Shown here in pieces: positions 37,777 to 47,471 of a DNA stretch of 64,000 bases. Positions within the stretch are counted from its first letter, which is position 1. Each line of letters opens with the position of its first letter. A model generated the notes under the pieces. That model saw only the letters and a list, made by a program, of their open reading frames with translations, was not told the DNA's origin and ran no database searches. The position numbers were made by a program, and so were the translations under genes. This stretch comes from Patescibacteria group bacterium (GTDB lineage: Bacteria > Patescibacteriota > Patescibacteriia > UBA10025 > JAHIVO01), in contig JBMOKY010000001.1 of the NCBI GenBank assembly GCA_049325535.1, positions 157,002 through 221,001 on the forward strand, written 5' to 3'.

Positions 37777-38451
37777 TTATGAATTGCCGTGGGCAAGTAC
37801 CAGGCCCCAGACGCGGTGCACGCCATGCCGCTTGAGAACCGTTGCGCAGGCCGCCAGGGTAGCGGTTGTGGTAGCAACGTCGTCTATGAGTATAACATTT
37901 TTCAGTGTTTTTTTAAAGTCCACGCCGATGGTAAATGCTTCTTCCATATTTTTCCAACGTTCCGCCCGATTCATTTGCGCCTGCTGGCCGGTATATCGCG
38001 CACGTTTGAGTGCCTGAGACATCAGGGGCATGGCAAAGGCGGTTGCCACCAGCCGGGCAATGCGTTCCGATTGGTTGAAGCCCCGTTCGCAGAAACGCCG
38101 TCGGTGGAGCGGCACCGGAACGATTGATGTTTCTGGAACGTGCAGTATACGACTTGCAGCGCTCTTGTCAATCCGTAAGAGCGCCTCAGTCATGATGGAG
38201 CCGAGTGTGTCGGCAATAGCGCCGATGCCATTATATTTTGCCGTATGAATCAGCGCGTGTATAATCGGCTGGTCATACGTGGTAAGCGCAAAAACACCAT
38301 CGAGTGGCACATCCACAGGAATCGGTCGTGGAGTGAGCTGGATGGCGTGATGACATTGCCGGCAAAGCCAGGCGCCGGTTTGGCCGCAGCCGAGACAGTG
38401 GATGGGGAAGAGACAATCGGCAAGCCAAGTATAGAGCGTGTGTACAAACAT
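37777..38451 (-). CDS. comF: ComF/ComFC family competence protein
   Basis: FPIHCLGC..LCRQC, VPVPLH..RGFNQS, ILIDDVATT. Confidence 0.9.
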   Translation of the reverse strand: MFVHTLYTWLADCLFPIHCLGCGQTGAWLCRQCHHAIQLTPRPIPVDVPLDGVFALTTYDQPIIHALIHTAKYNGIGAIADTLGSIMTEALLRIDKSAASRILHVPETSIVPVPLHRRRFCERGFNQSERIARLVATAFAMPLMSQALKRARYTGQQAQMNRAERWKNMEEAFTIGVDFKKTLKNVILIDDVATTTATLAACATVLKRHGVHRVWGLVLAHGNS

Positions 38452-38503
38452 ACAAACCTTCCGGTTAACACAACGGGGAAGGTTTTCTTGATGGAGGGCT
38501 GAA

Positions 38504-41014
38504 TTATTTTATGACGATGTCGTTTCCTTTGGCGGTCACCTGCACAGTGGTTCCTGCTTGCAGCGTGCCGGCTAGCATCCGTTCGGCGATGGTATTTTCG
38601 ATATGTTCCTGCACGTGACGCCGGATGGCCCGGGCACCCTGGTTCGGTTGGAAGCTCTGTTCGGCGATAGCGTGTGCTGCGGCAGCACTGACTGATATTT
38701 TTATATTCTGTTTGGACAGTTTTTCCTGCAGCGCGGCAATCTGCAGCGCAACGATTTTTGTGAGCGTCCGTTTGTCCAGCGGTCGGTACACGATTATTTT
38801 ATCTATCCGGTTCAATAGTTCCGGGCGAAAGGTTTTTTCCAGATCCTGGAGTACTCGTTCCTTGATTTGCGCGTACTGCTTTTCTGCGTTTTCTTTGTCC
38901 ACTTTATTGTCAGCAGCAAATCCTATTTCCGCCCCTTTATTCAGATTGTGGATGCCGATATTGGACGTCATGATGATGATCGTATTTTTGAAATTGACGG
39001 TCCGCCCGGTCGCATCGGTGACATGCCCGTCTTCGAGGATTTGCAGCAGGATATTAAATACCTCTGGGTGGGCTTTTTCGATTTCATCGAAGAGTACTAC
39101 GGAGTAGGGTTTTCGCCGTACCGGTTCGGTCAATTTATTGCCCTCCTTATAGCCGACGTACCCAGCCGGCGCGCCGAGCAATTTCGACATATTGAACCCT
39201 TCGGCGAATTCTGACATATCGATGCGGATCAGCGCGTGCTCGTCTTCAAAAACCGTCCGTGCCAGCACCTTGGCCGTTTCCGTCTTACCGACGCCTGATG
39301 GTCCGAGAAACATGAACGAGGCAATCGGCCGGTTTGGGTCGGCTAATCCAACACGGGATCGGCGAATGCAGTCGGCGATGGCCTTCAGGGATTCATCTTG
39401 CCCGAGAACTGCGTCGCTCAATTCTTTTTCCAAATTGAGCAACCGTTGTTTTTCCTCGACAACCAGCTCGTGCAGCGGAATTTTGGTGATGCGCGAAATA
39501 ACCTCAGCTATGTCAGTGCGGGTTATCTTTCCGATGAATCGCTGGGCGGTTTGATCCTGTTTTTGGCGAAGCAGCGCCAGGCGTTCAATCAGTTTATTCT
39601 CTTGCGCTTTGGTCTGAAGTGCACGTTCGAAATTTTCTTTGTTGACCAGTGAATTTTTTTCATCCCGGATGCGCTCAATTTCTTTTTCCGTCTGATGGAT
39701 TTCCTTGAGCAGACCGTCGCTCTTGTGGGCAATCTTTATTTTCGAGGCGGCCTCATCGATCAGATCGATAGCTTTATCCGGTAAAAATTTATCCTGGATA
39801 TAGCGGGCGCTCATTTCCACCGCGGCTTGTATGGCGTCATCGCCGATGTGCACCAGATGGTATCGTTCATAATTTTCTTTTATGCCACGCAGCACCTCCG
39901 TGGTTTCTTCGGGCGTCGCCTCCTCGATGATGATAGGCTGGAAACGCCGCTCCAGTGCAGGATCTGATTCGATATGTTTGCGGTATTCATCGAGAGTGGT
40001 GGCGCCGATGGTGCGGATCTCACCCTTCGCCAGCGCTGGTTTCAGAATATTGGCCGCATCCATGGATCCGGCGGCTGACCCGGTACCGATGATCGTGTGA
40101 AGTTCGTCAATAAAAATGATGATGTGTGGATCTTTTTTTATCTCATCGATTATTTGTTTGAATCGGCCTTCAAATTCACCGCGATAAATAGTGCCCGCTA
40201 CCACCAGACTGAGATCAAGTTTGAGCACTCGTTTGTTGAGCAGTATGTCGGGCACATCACCCTGGATGATCTTTTTTGCCAATCCTTCGACGATGGCGGT
40301 TTTGCCGACGCCCGGTTCGCCGATGAGCACGGGATTATTTTTAGTCCGGCGAGAGAGGATATGGATCAAGCGTTCAATTTCCGCCGTGCGTCCAATGACC
40401 GGATCGATGCCTTTTTGCAGTTTGGCGTCAGTCAGGTCAGTGGCAAAAAAATCCAACGCCGGGGTTTTAGAATCATCCTTTTGCTTGTCTTCTTTCTCCA
40501 GTTCCTTGGCCTGCTCAAACATTTGCGTCAAATCAGGGAACCGGGATGTGCTACGCATGACCGAATCGAGATGTGAACTAATGGTGTTCAAATTTATATT
40601 ATTTTGTTCCCAGAGATCAACCATGGCCGGTGTATTCATCTGGATCAAACTCTCCAGAAGGTGTTCGGTACCGATGTATTTATGGTTATTTTGGTGGGCG
40701 ACCAAGGCGGCTTTTTCGATGGCTTTTTTTGTGTGAACGGAAAAAGTCACCGATTGGGGCTTGATCATGGCTGACGGCTGCTGGTCGCGAAGCGGTGATT
40801 GGTTATTTTTCAGGATGACAGTTCTCACCCGTTCGGTGGTCAGCCCTGATTTGACCAAGATTTCGGCGGCGATACTTCCTTTCTGCATGATCAGGCCATA
40901 GATGAGGTGTTCAGGATTGATGAAGGCCGTACCCAGGGAGACACACAGTTCGCGCGCTTTTTTTAGTGCGTTTTTCAGGTGGGTAGTGAATTTTTCTGTG
41001 ATCTTATTGTCCAT
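38504..41014 (-). CDS. clpC: ATP-dependent Clp protease ATPase subunit ClpC
   Basis: Clp N repeats, GEPGVGKT and GPSGVGKT Walker A, short UVR-like middle domain, IGF ClpP-binding loop; promoter TTGACG-18-TATACT at 41054-41025. Confidence 0.93.
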   Translation of the reverse strand: MDNKITEKFTTHLKNALKKARELCVSLGTAFINPEHLIYGLIMQKGSIAAEILVKSGLTTERVRTVILKNNQSPLRDQQPSAMIKPQSVTFSVHTKKAIEKAALVAHQNNHKYIGTEHLLESLIQMNTPAMVDLWEQNNINLNTISSHLDSVMRSTSRFPDLTQMFEQAKELEKEDKQKDDSKTPALDFFATDLTDAKLQKGIDPVIGRTAEIERLIHILSRRTKNNPVLIGEPGVGKTAIVEGLAKKIIQGDVPDILLNKRVLKLDLSLVVAGTIYRGEFEGRFKQIIDEIKKDPHIIIFIDELHTIIGTGSAAGSMDAANILKPALAKGEIRTIGATTLDEYRKHIESDPALERRFQPIIIEEATPEETTEVLRGIKENYERYHLVHIGDDAIQAAVEMSARYIQDKFLPDKAIDLIDEAASKIKIAHKSDGLLKEIHQTEKEIERIRDEKNSLVNKENFERALQTKAQENKLIERLALLRQKQDQTAQRFIGKITRTDIAEVISRITKIPLHELVVEEKQRLLNLEKELSDAVLGQDESLKAIADCIRRSRVGLADPNRPIASFMFLGPSGVGKTETAKVLARTVFEDEHALIRIDMSEFAEGFNMSKLLGAPAGYVGYKEGNKLTEPVRRKPYSVVLFDEIEKAHPEVFNILLQILEDGHVTDATGRTVNFKNTIIIMTSNIGIHNLNKGAEIGFAADNKVDKENAEKQYAQIKERVLQDLEKTFRPELLNRIDKIIVYRPLDKRTLTKIVALQIAALQEKLSKQNIKISVSAAAAHAIAEQSFQPNQGARAIRRHVQEHIENTIAERMLAGTLQAGTTVQVTAKGNDIVIK

Positions 41015-41134
41015 CGGTGTGTCTAGTATACGAATTTGTCGGGTGTATCGTCAAGGTAAACCACAAACGTGCATTGCACCCGAAAACAGCCGCGGATAGC
41101 ACCGCTGGCGCGTCGATGGTGCGCAGCCCGCATT

Positions 41135-41263
41135 TCAGGAAATCAGCAATCCGGTGATGATGGCGATGACTGCGGCGATGGCAGTCGTAATGAGTATCCC
41201 GAGTGAGATTTTCGTGGCGGTTGAGGTTTTTGTTTCAGTAATGGTTTCGATGGAGGGTGGCAT
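41135..41263 (-). CDS. Small 42-aa membrane protein (not in ORF track)
   Basis: MPPSIETITETKTSTATKISLGILITTAIAAVIAIITGLLIS*; starts 16 nt after the htpX stop; one C-terminal TM helix. Confidence 0.6.
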   Translation of the reverse strand: MPPSIETITETKTSTATKISLGILITTAIAAVIAIITGLLIS

Positions 41264-41279
41264 ATTTAAAGATGCGCTA

Positions 41280-42152
41280 TTACATGGCACGGAGTGCTTC
41301 GATGCGTTTGGCAATCGGCGGGTGGGTGGAAAAAAGATTGAAGGCGCCGCTTTTCAGGGGATTGGCGATAAATAGATGCGCAGTTGATTTAGTAGCTCGC
41401 TCTATGACACTGCCTTGGTCTCGGATTTTTTCTAGTGCCCGCGCCAGGCCCTCAGGGTAGCGGGTCAGCAGAACGCCCGAAGCATCCGCCAGATACTCTC
41501 TCCGGCGGGATACGGCAAATTTAATCAGTGGCGCCAAAACCGACGCTACAATCAGCAGCACCAGCCCGATTGCCAGCAGCGGCGTCCCCTCCCGTTTGCT
41601 TCTGCCCCCGGCAAATCCGAGACGCCAGAATAAGTCAGATAGCATGATGATGGTGCCGATGATGATGATGACGAGGGTCATGTAGCGGATGTCATAATTA
41701 CCGATGTGCGACAGCTCATGGGCGATGACCCCTTCCAGCTCTTCATTTTCCAGTTTTTGGATCGCGCCTTCAGTGATGGCTATGGATGCGTGTTTGGGGT
41801 CGCGACCAGTGGCGAAGGCATTGATATCCGGATCAGGAATGATATAGACTTTTGGCGCTGGCAAGCCAGCGGTGAGGGCTAGATTTTCCACCATGCGCAC
41901 CACGTATGGGTTTGCCTCTTTGGTAATAGGAACAGCGCCGGACAAACTGAGGGCTATTTTATCGCCGGTATAGTACCCGAAGAGGGCGGTGATGGTTGCG
42001 TATACCCCGGCGATGATCAGAAAAAACGATCCGCCGTCAGCATAATATCGGTCCAGAAAATATCCGATGGCGCCGAGTATTATGAGGCTCAGGATGACGA
42101 GGAGCCAGGAACGCCTCTTGTTCGCTGCAATGTGGGTGTATATAGTGGCCAT
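41280..42152 (-). CDS. htpX: M48 zinc metalloprotease HtpX
   Basis: NAFATG, HELSH, SRRREYLAD, LFSTHPP; downstream of lemA. Confidence 0.93.
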   Translation of the reverse strand: MATIYTHIAANKRRSWLLVILSLIILGAIGYFLDRYYADGGSFFLIIAGVYATITALFGYYTGDKIALSLSGAVPITKEANPYVVRMVENLALTAGLPAPKVYIIPDPDINAFATGRDPKHASIAITEGAIQKLENEELEGVIAHELSHIGNYDIRYMTLVIIIIGTIIMLSDLFWRLGFAGGRSKREGTPLLAIGLVLLIVASVLAPLIKFAVSRRREYLADASGVLLTRYPEGLARALEKIRDQGSVIERATKSTAHLFIANPLKSGAFNLFSTHPPIAKRIEALRAM

Positions 42153-42209
42153 AGTTGAAATCGCGCGACTTGTGGTGAAGACGCGCGATGCGAAGGGTAA
42201 ATTGGGTGG

Positions 42210-42767
42210 TTAAAATTTGACCGCGACCGGCTCTCGCTCGCCTGCTTCTTCGATTTCGAAAAATTCGAATTTCTGGAATCCGAGCATGCCAGCAACCATG
42301 TTGTTGGGGAATACTTCAATTTTCGTATTGAAGTCACGCACGTTGCCATTGTAAAAGCGTCGCGCAGCCTGAATTTTGTTTTCAGTATCGGCGAGCTCGT
42401 CCTGTAGTTTGAGAAAGTTCTCGTTTGCTTTTAGTTGCGGATAATTTTCCGAGACAGCGAACAAGCTTTTCAGTGTATCCGAGAGCATGTTTTCTGCCTG
42501 GCCCTTTTCTGCGATACCCTGTGCACTCATGGCCTGTGAACGGGCTTGGGTGACCTTTTCAAATAACTCACGCTCGTGAGTAGCATACCCTTTGACTGTT
42601 TCGACCAAATTTGGAATCAGGTCATAGCGGCGTTTGAGTTGGACGTCGATATCCGCCCAGGCTTCCTTCGTCTGGTTACGAAATCGAATGAGGCCATTGT
42701 ACACGCCGATCAGCCACAGAATGGCGACCGCGAGTATCCCTATCACTATCCAGGCAATTGGTGACAT
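42210..42767 (-). CDS. lemA: LemA family protein
   Basis: TM then YNGL..WADIDVQLKRRYDLIPNLVETVKGY, ENYPQLKAN, RRFYN. Confidence 0.95.
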   Translation of the reverse strand: MSPIAWIVIGILAVAILWLIGVYNGLIRFRNQTKEAWADIDVQLKRRYDLIPNLVETVKGYATHERELFEKVTQARSQAMSAQGIAEKGQAENMLSDTLKSLFAVSENYPQLKANENFLKLQDELADTENKIQAARRFYNGNVRDFNTKIEVFPNNMVAGMLGFQKFEFFEIEEAGEREPVAVKF

Positions 42768-42794
42768 ATGGTTGTTTAAAAAAATATTAGATCT

Positions 42795-43307
42795 TTAATT
42801 AGATACCGGGGAAATGAGAAGTGTAAAACTAAGGGCGGAAATTACGTTTTGATCAGAGATGTCAGTGTCGGATTGGAATGTCACCCGCTGGCCGGTGAGC
42901 AGGTCGCCTATGGAAATTTCCTGGCGATTTGCCCCCTCACTATCGGCTGATGAAGAGGTAACGTCCCAGCGGATCACGGGTATGTCATCACCGATACGAA
43001 CCGTTACTGTTTTTTGAATTGTGTCATTACCCTCGCGGATAGGAATTTGTATAGTGACCTGGCGATCCGAGGTGTGTACCTCCTGGATGACGCCGGACCA
43101 GCTGAATGTACGTGCTCCGAGAACTACCGGGTGTGCCGAGGGGACGCTGACTACCGGTATTGGTGAGGTTTCTTTATCAGAACGATTGCTGGCTACAAAA
43201 TAACTGATCGATGCCGCGGCCACAATCAACACCATGATAGCGATTGAACCGTACACCGCTGGTTTTGACCAGCCATAGATATTGTCTTTTGAGGTTCTCA
43301 GAGGCAT
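42795..43307 (-). CDS. Hypothetical single-TM protein with beta-rich extracellular domain
   Basis: 170-aa ORF, N-terminal TM, co-oriented with lemA. Confidence 0.75.
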   Translation of the reverse strand: MPLRTSKDNIYGWSKPAVYGSIAIMVLIVAAASISYFVASNRSDKETSPIPVVSVPSAHPVVLGARTFSWSGVIQEVHTSDRQVTIQIPIREGNDTIQKTVTVRIGDDIPVIRWDVTSSSADSEGANRQEISIGDLLTGQRVTFQSDTDISDQNVISALSFTLLISPVSN

Positions 43308-43473
43308 CGAAGTATCAGTTGACTTTATGGCTAAATTATGTTACTATTAAGTGGAATTTGAGCTCCGCAATGTATTGTAATTATTGCAATTAAATGTTGA
43401 TTTGTCAACAATTGTCTGAGAAAAGCATTTGCGGGAATATATAGAAAAAAGCCGGTAATTAGGGGGTATTATT

Positions 43474-46400
43474 GTGCAAAACTCAATAAAAAATAAGACC
43501 TCATTCATTAATAGGGCTAATATTGGCCTATTTTTTATTTTTTTCTTTTTATTAGCCTTTTTTTTGGCAGATAGTGTATTTGCACAGCTTGACCCCAGCG
43601 CTCCTCCACCCGAGAATAATACCCCGGAGCTCATCCGTATAGATGAAACAAGCCAGGCAAAGAGCGGAGCGCTGCGTTTTGGTACTGACGATGCTACCTC
43701 ACCATTCACTTACCAGCTGGAGGTATTGGGATCCGGCGCCCAATTGAGTAATGCCATGGTGGATAATGAACTGTCGGTCAACCAATCAAACCGTACGCTT
43801 TTTGTGGATCCGGTTACTCATCGGGTGTGTGTCGGGGAATGCATCGATGATGCTGATTCGGTGCTGCAGGTCGGTGATGGTCGAGTGCATGTATCAGGGG
43901 TGGATGATACGGGCATCCAGGGGATGAGCCAGGCTGATATCGGACTGTACGGCTCTGGCGCGACCTATGGAGTCCAGGGGGTTTCCTCAAATCCTTTGGG
44001 CTATGGCATGTGGGCTGTCAGCACATTGAGTTCGGCGCTGATCGGGTCGCATACCGGGGTCGTGCCCGCATACAGTTCAGTGGCAGGGTTTAGTGATACT
44101 GGAGTTGCCATCTATGGTGCAAATACAAACCTAAACAATTTATGGTCATCATATTTTTCAGGGATAGTCGAGTCGAGTGAAATAATTTCAGCGGCAAAAG
44201 TACTTGCGACTGAACCTGGTCAGTCGTTCATCCCCTACACAGCGGGACAGTTGGCTGGGCAGTATTTTACTCAGTATTATCCAGGTCGTCTCGCCACCGA
44301 TGGCCGTTTTCTCTGGATAGCCCAGATGGGCAACTATCATGACTATTTACTGCAGGTGGATAAGGGAACCGGAACCATCATTGCTCGATTTGCACTGGGG
44401 CCAGCTCAGGATTTGATATACGACCCTGTTCACCAGTACATTTGGCAGGCCTCGGAGACGTATTCGGGCAGCATTGGGTATGTGGACGTGACTACGGGTA
44501 CTGGTGCGCGCCGCACTGTCCGCGATACTGATGGTCATGGCACATGCCCATTTGGCTTTATCGTGCGCGATCCAAATGATGCGGATATTCTCTGGGCATT
44601 GCAGTCTGGAGGAAACTGTTTTGGTCGTGATTATTATGATCGACTGCTCAAATTAAGCATTGCGGATTTAGCTGATAATCCGACGACCTGGGAACCGCTT
44701 GCCCGCTATGACATCGTGCACGATGAAGCTCCGACCGCACCCTTTACCGAAGGTCCTCGTGCCCTCACATTTGATACTGACACCAATACGGTGTGGGCAG
44801 CTTTTTTAAATAATGATGCCGTCTATAGAATAGATGCCGCCGATCCGGGAAACGGCGACACGCTGGTTACCTCAGCCGATTATACACGATATGACGTACC
44901 GGGCCCGACTGACCTCGCGGTTGATCCAGACCATCAGTATGTATGGGTATCAGCTGACGACAGTGGCACCGATAATGATGGGGCGTACTATATTGATATC
45001 TCTGCCGGGACAGTATCAGGCCGGATCATTACCGCCACCGGCGCAGTCGGACCTCAGGCGATCACCTATGACGGGACGAATGTGTGGGTGGCAACATATG
45101 ACGGGAGCACTGGCGTGGCTGACCGGTTCTCTGCCGGAAGCCCCGGGGCCGTCACCCATTTCTCCATTTCGGGAAACCGGTCGTATCGCGATATCCTGTA
45201 TGATCCGGTAGTGGAGGAGGTGTGGGTCCCGAGTTGGTATGGCAATTCGGTCAGCGGACTGAGCGTCAGCGACGGCAGCGTCCAACAGTTCTATGATTAT
45301 AGTGCTCGGGGATTTTCCGTACGGCATCATGACGGTACGTACGTCTGGCTGACGCGTAACGCTGAGGTATATAAGGTGCGGGCTGCAGACGGATTCATCG
45401 TATTTCGGGTGTCACTCGCCGGTACGCCGAGCGACGTGCTTTTTGATGCCAATGCCGTTTGGGTCACCGACAGCGACTCGGATATGGTATATAAACTTGA
45501 TCCCTATGACGGGTCGACAGTCTGCTCTCTGAGTTTGCAGGCTGGTGATGCACCGGTGAGTATCGTATTTGATGGGCGGACGTACTGGCTTACTGCCACG
45601 GGTTCGGGAGATGTAGTACAGGTAAGCAATACCTGCGGTGAATTGCAGCGGATACACGTGACCGCCACACCGCAGTCGCTGGGGCGCATAGTATACAATG
45701 GTAGCTATCTGTGGGTGGTTGCCAGCGCCGATAATGGCCTGATCAATATCAATCCCGCGACGGGCAATGCCGTGCTGTGGGATAACCTGGTTGGCGTAGA
45801 GCCGAGCGACATTTTTTATGATAATTATAATTATTGGGTGGCAAATCGGGGCACTAATTCCGTCACCGCATTTTATCTGACCGATGCCAAGCATTGTTCA
45901 CTTGATCAGTCGATGACGTGCAGCACGGACGCTGATTGCGGATCAAACGGCGGTTGTTTTGCCGATCCGCAATCGCGAGGCAGTTTCTCAGTGGGAAACG
46001 AGCCGGTGGCTGTCACTTTTGACGGTACGTACGTGTGGACGGCAAATGCATCAGGCAGCAGTCTGACTCGGCTGCTGGCGGCCGATCCGACAGTCCGTGA
46101 AGATGTTCCGCTTACTTTCTCACCTTTGGGATTATTGTTTGATAAGACGTACCTGTGGAGTACCGGTACCGGGAGTGCCGGGGATGTCGGTTTGGTAAAA
46201 TTATTCAGCGGGGTCGGGTATGGTACTGATTCGACAACCGATGGGTTAGCGCTCCAATCCGCGAGTCCCCTCACCTGGCAGCGCGGAAGCTACAGCATAT
46301 CCGGCGACGCCCGGGTGGGACAGTCAGTGAATATCGCGGGCGATCTGGATGGTGATAATAATTGGGGCGAGGCAGCAAGTGGTGATGCGATATTTAATAC

Positions 46401-47463
46401 GAATCTGGTGGTCTGGGACGGCATCAATGCATTACCTGATGGCGGGCATGACGTGCAGGCACTCATTCGAGCGTCTGACGGGTCGCTCTATGCTGGTGCG
46501 GTGACCGTGGCCGGCGCTCGCGTATTTAAATCGACGGACAATGGGGCTAGCTGGGTCAATACCGGTGGGCCAGCCAGCGGTACCCAGATTGATGCGCTGT
46601 ATGAGGCGAGCAATGGTGACCTATATGCCGGTACTGGTGGCGGCAACATCGGGTATATTTTCCGCAGCACTGACCAGGGAGCGACGTGGCCATTACTCCG
46701 CATGCTCAATGGCCAGGGTCCGGTCACGGCATTTCTCGAAGATGATGCTGATAATTTATATGCCGCGGCAGGTTTTGGCGCGACCGCGTATGTCTATAAA
46801 TCAACGGATGGGGGCGGCACGTGGAACAATACCGGGGCCATCGCCAATGCCACAAATATTTATGATTTGATACAGATCGATGACGGATCAATTTTAGCAG
46901 CCACCGGAAATGTCAACGGTAATGTGATGAGGACGACTGATCGGGGAGCCACCTGGATCGATACGGGTAATCTAGCCGGCGTGGATATCGTCCATGATAT
47001 CATCCAAGCAGCGGATGGATCGCTCTATGCCGGCGTGCATACCGGAGTCAGTGGTAATGTCGTATTTCGGTCCACGAATCGCGGCACCTCATGGGGATTG
47101 GTCGGCGCGGCTCCCGGCGCGGTTCAGGGATACTCTCTGACGCAGACCAGCGACGGTGCGCTGTACCTGGGTGCCGCTGTCGGGGTTGGGTCGAGTCAGC
47201 TGTATCGGTCGGCAAACAATGGCACTTCCTGGACAGAGGTATCAGGCCTGCCGGGCGGCGCCACCGCGTACGTCATCGTCAGTTCAGACGGGGCGCCGCG
47301 CTATAATCTGTATGTTGGTTTGTCGAGTACGAGCGGCGTCGCATCCGGTGAATTCGGTCCGCTACCTGCTGGTACGTACAATTGTCCCGAGGGGCATTTT
47401 GTGACCAATATCGAAACCAATGATTCGGACCAAGTCGTATTAATAGAGTGTCGACCACTTTAA
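43474..47463 (+). CDS. Large secreted protein: GxxG beta-stalk, beta-propellers, six Asp-box (BNR) repeats, C-terminal CRPL module
   Basis: Signal peptide; PSAPPP..QAKSG; FDGTYVW blades; STDNGASW/STDQGATW/STDGGGTW/TTDRGATW/STNRGTSW/SANNGTSW. Confidence 0.85.
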   Translation: MQNSIKNKTSFINRANIGLFFIFFFLLAFFLADSVFAQLDPSAPPPENNTPELIRIDETSQAKSGALRFGTDDATSPFTYQLEVLGSGAQLSNAMVDNELSVNQSNRTLFVDPVTHRVCVGECIDDADSVLQVGDGRVHVSGVDDTGIQGMSQADIGLYGSGATYGVQGVSSNPLGYGMWAVSTLSSALIGSHTGVVPAYSSVAGFSDTGVAIYGANTNLNNLWSSYFSGIVESSEIISAAKVLATEPGQSFIPYTAGQLAGQYFTQYYPGRLATDGRFLWIAQMGNYHDYLLQVDKGTGTIIARFALGPAQDLIYDPVHQYIWQASETYSGSIGYVDVTTGTGARRTVRDTDGHGTCPFGFIVRDPNDADILWALQSGGNCFGRDYYDRLLKLSIADLADNPTTWEPLARYDIVHDEAPTAPFTEGPRALTFDTDTNTVWAAFLNNDAVYRIDAADPGNGDTLVTSADYTRYDVPGPTDLAVDPDHQYVWVSADDSGTDNDGAYYIDISAGTVSGRIITATGAVGPQAITYDGTNVWVATYDGSTGVADRFSAGSPGAVTHFSISGNRSYRDILYDPVVEEVWVPSWYGNSVSGLSVSDGSVQQFYDYSARGFSVRHHDGTYVWLTRNAEVYKVRAADGFIVFRVSLAGTPSDVLFDANAVWVTDSDSDMVYKLDPYDGSTVCSLSLQAGDAPVSIVFDGRTYWLTATGSGDVVQVSNTCGELQRIHVTATPQSLGRIVYNGSYLWVVASADNGLININPATGNAVLWDNLVGVEPSDIFYDNYNYWVANRGTNSVTAFYLTDAKHCSLDQSMTCSTDADCGSNGGCFADPQSRGSFSVGNEPVAVTFDGTYVWTANASGSSLTRLLAADPTVREDVPLTFSPLGLLFDKTYLWSTGTGSAGDVGLVKLFSGVGYGTDSTTDGLALQSASPLTWQRGSYSISGDARVGQSVNIAGDLDGDNNWGEAASGDAIFNTNLVVWDGINALPDGGHDVQALIRASDGSLYAGAVTVAGARVFKSTDNGASWVNTGGPASGTQIDALYEASNGDLYAGTGGGNIGYIFRSTDQGATWPLLRMLNGQGPVTAFLEDDADNLYAAAGFGATAYVYKSTDGGGTWNNTGAIANATNIYDLIQIDDGSILAATGNVNGNVMRTTDRGATWIDTGNLAGVDIVHDIIQAADGSLYAGVHTGVSGNVVFRSTNRGTSWGLVGAAPGAVQGYSLTQTSDGALYLGAAVGVGSSQLYRSANNGTSWTEVSGLPGGATAYVIVSSDGAPRYNLYVGLSSTSGVASGEFGPLPAGTYNCPEGHFVTNIETNDSDQVVLIECRPL

Positions 47464-47471
47464 TTCGGCGT

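Noticed and set aside
37262-38017. ORFs 37262..37549, 37411..37764, 37485..37718, 37634..38017
   Set aside because: They overlap tRNA genes or are antisense to comF.
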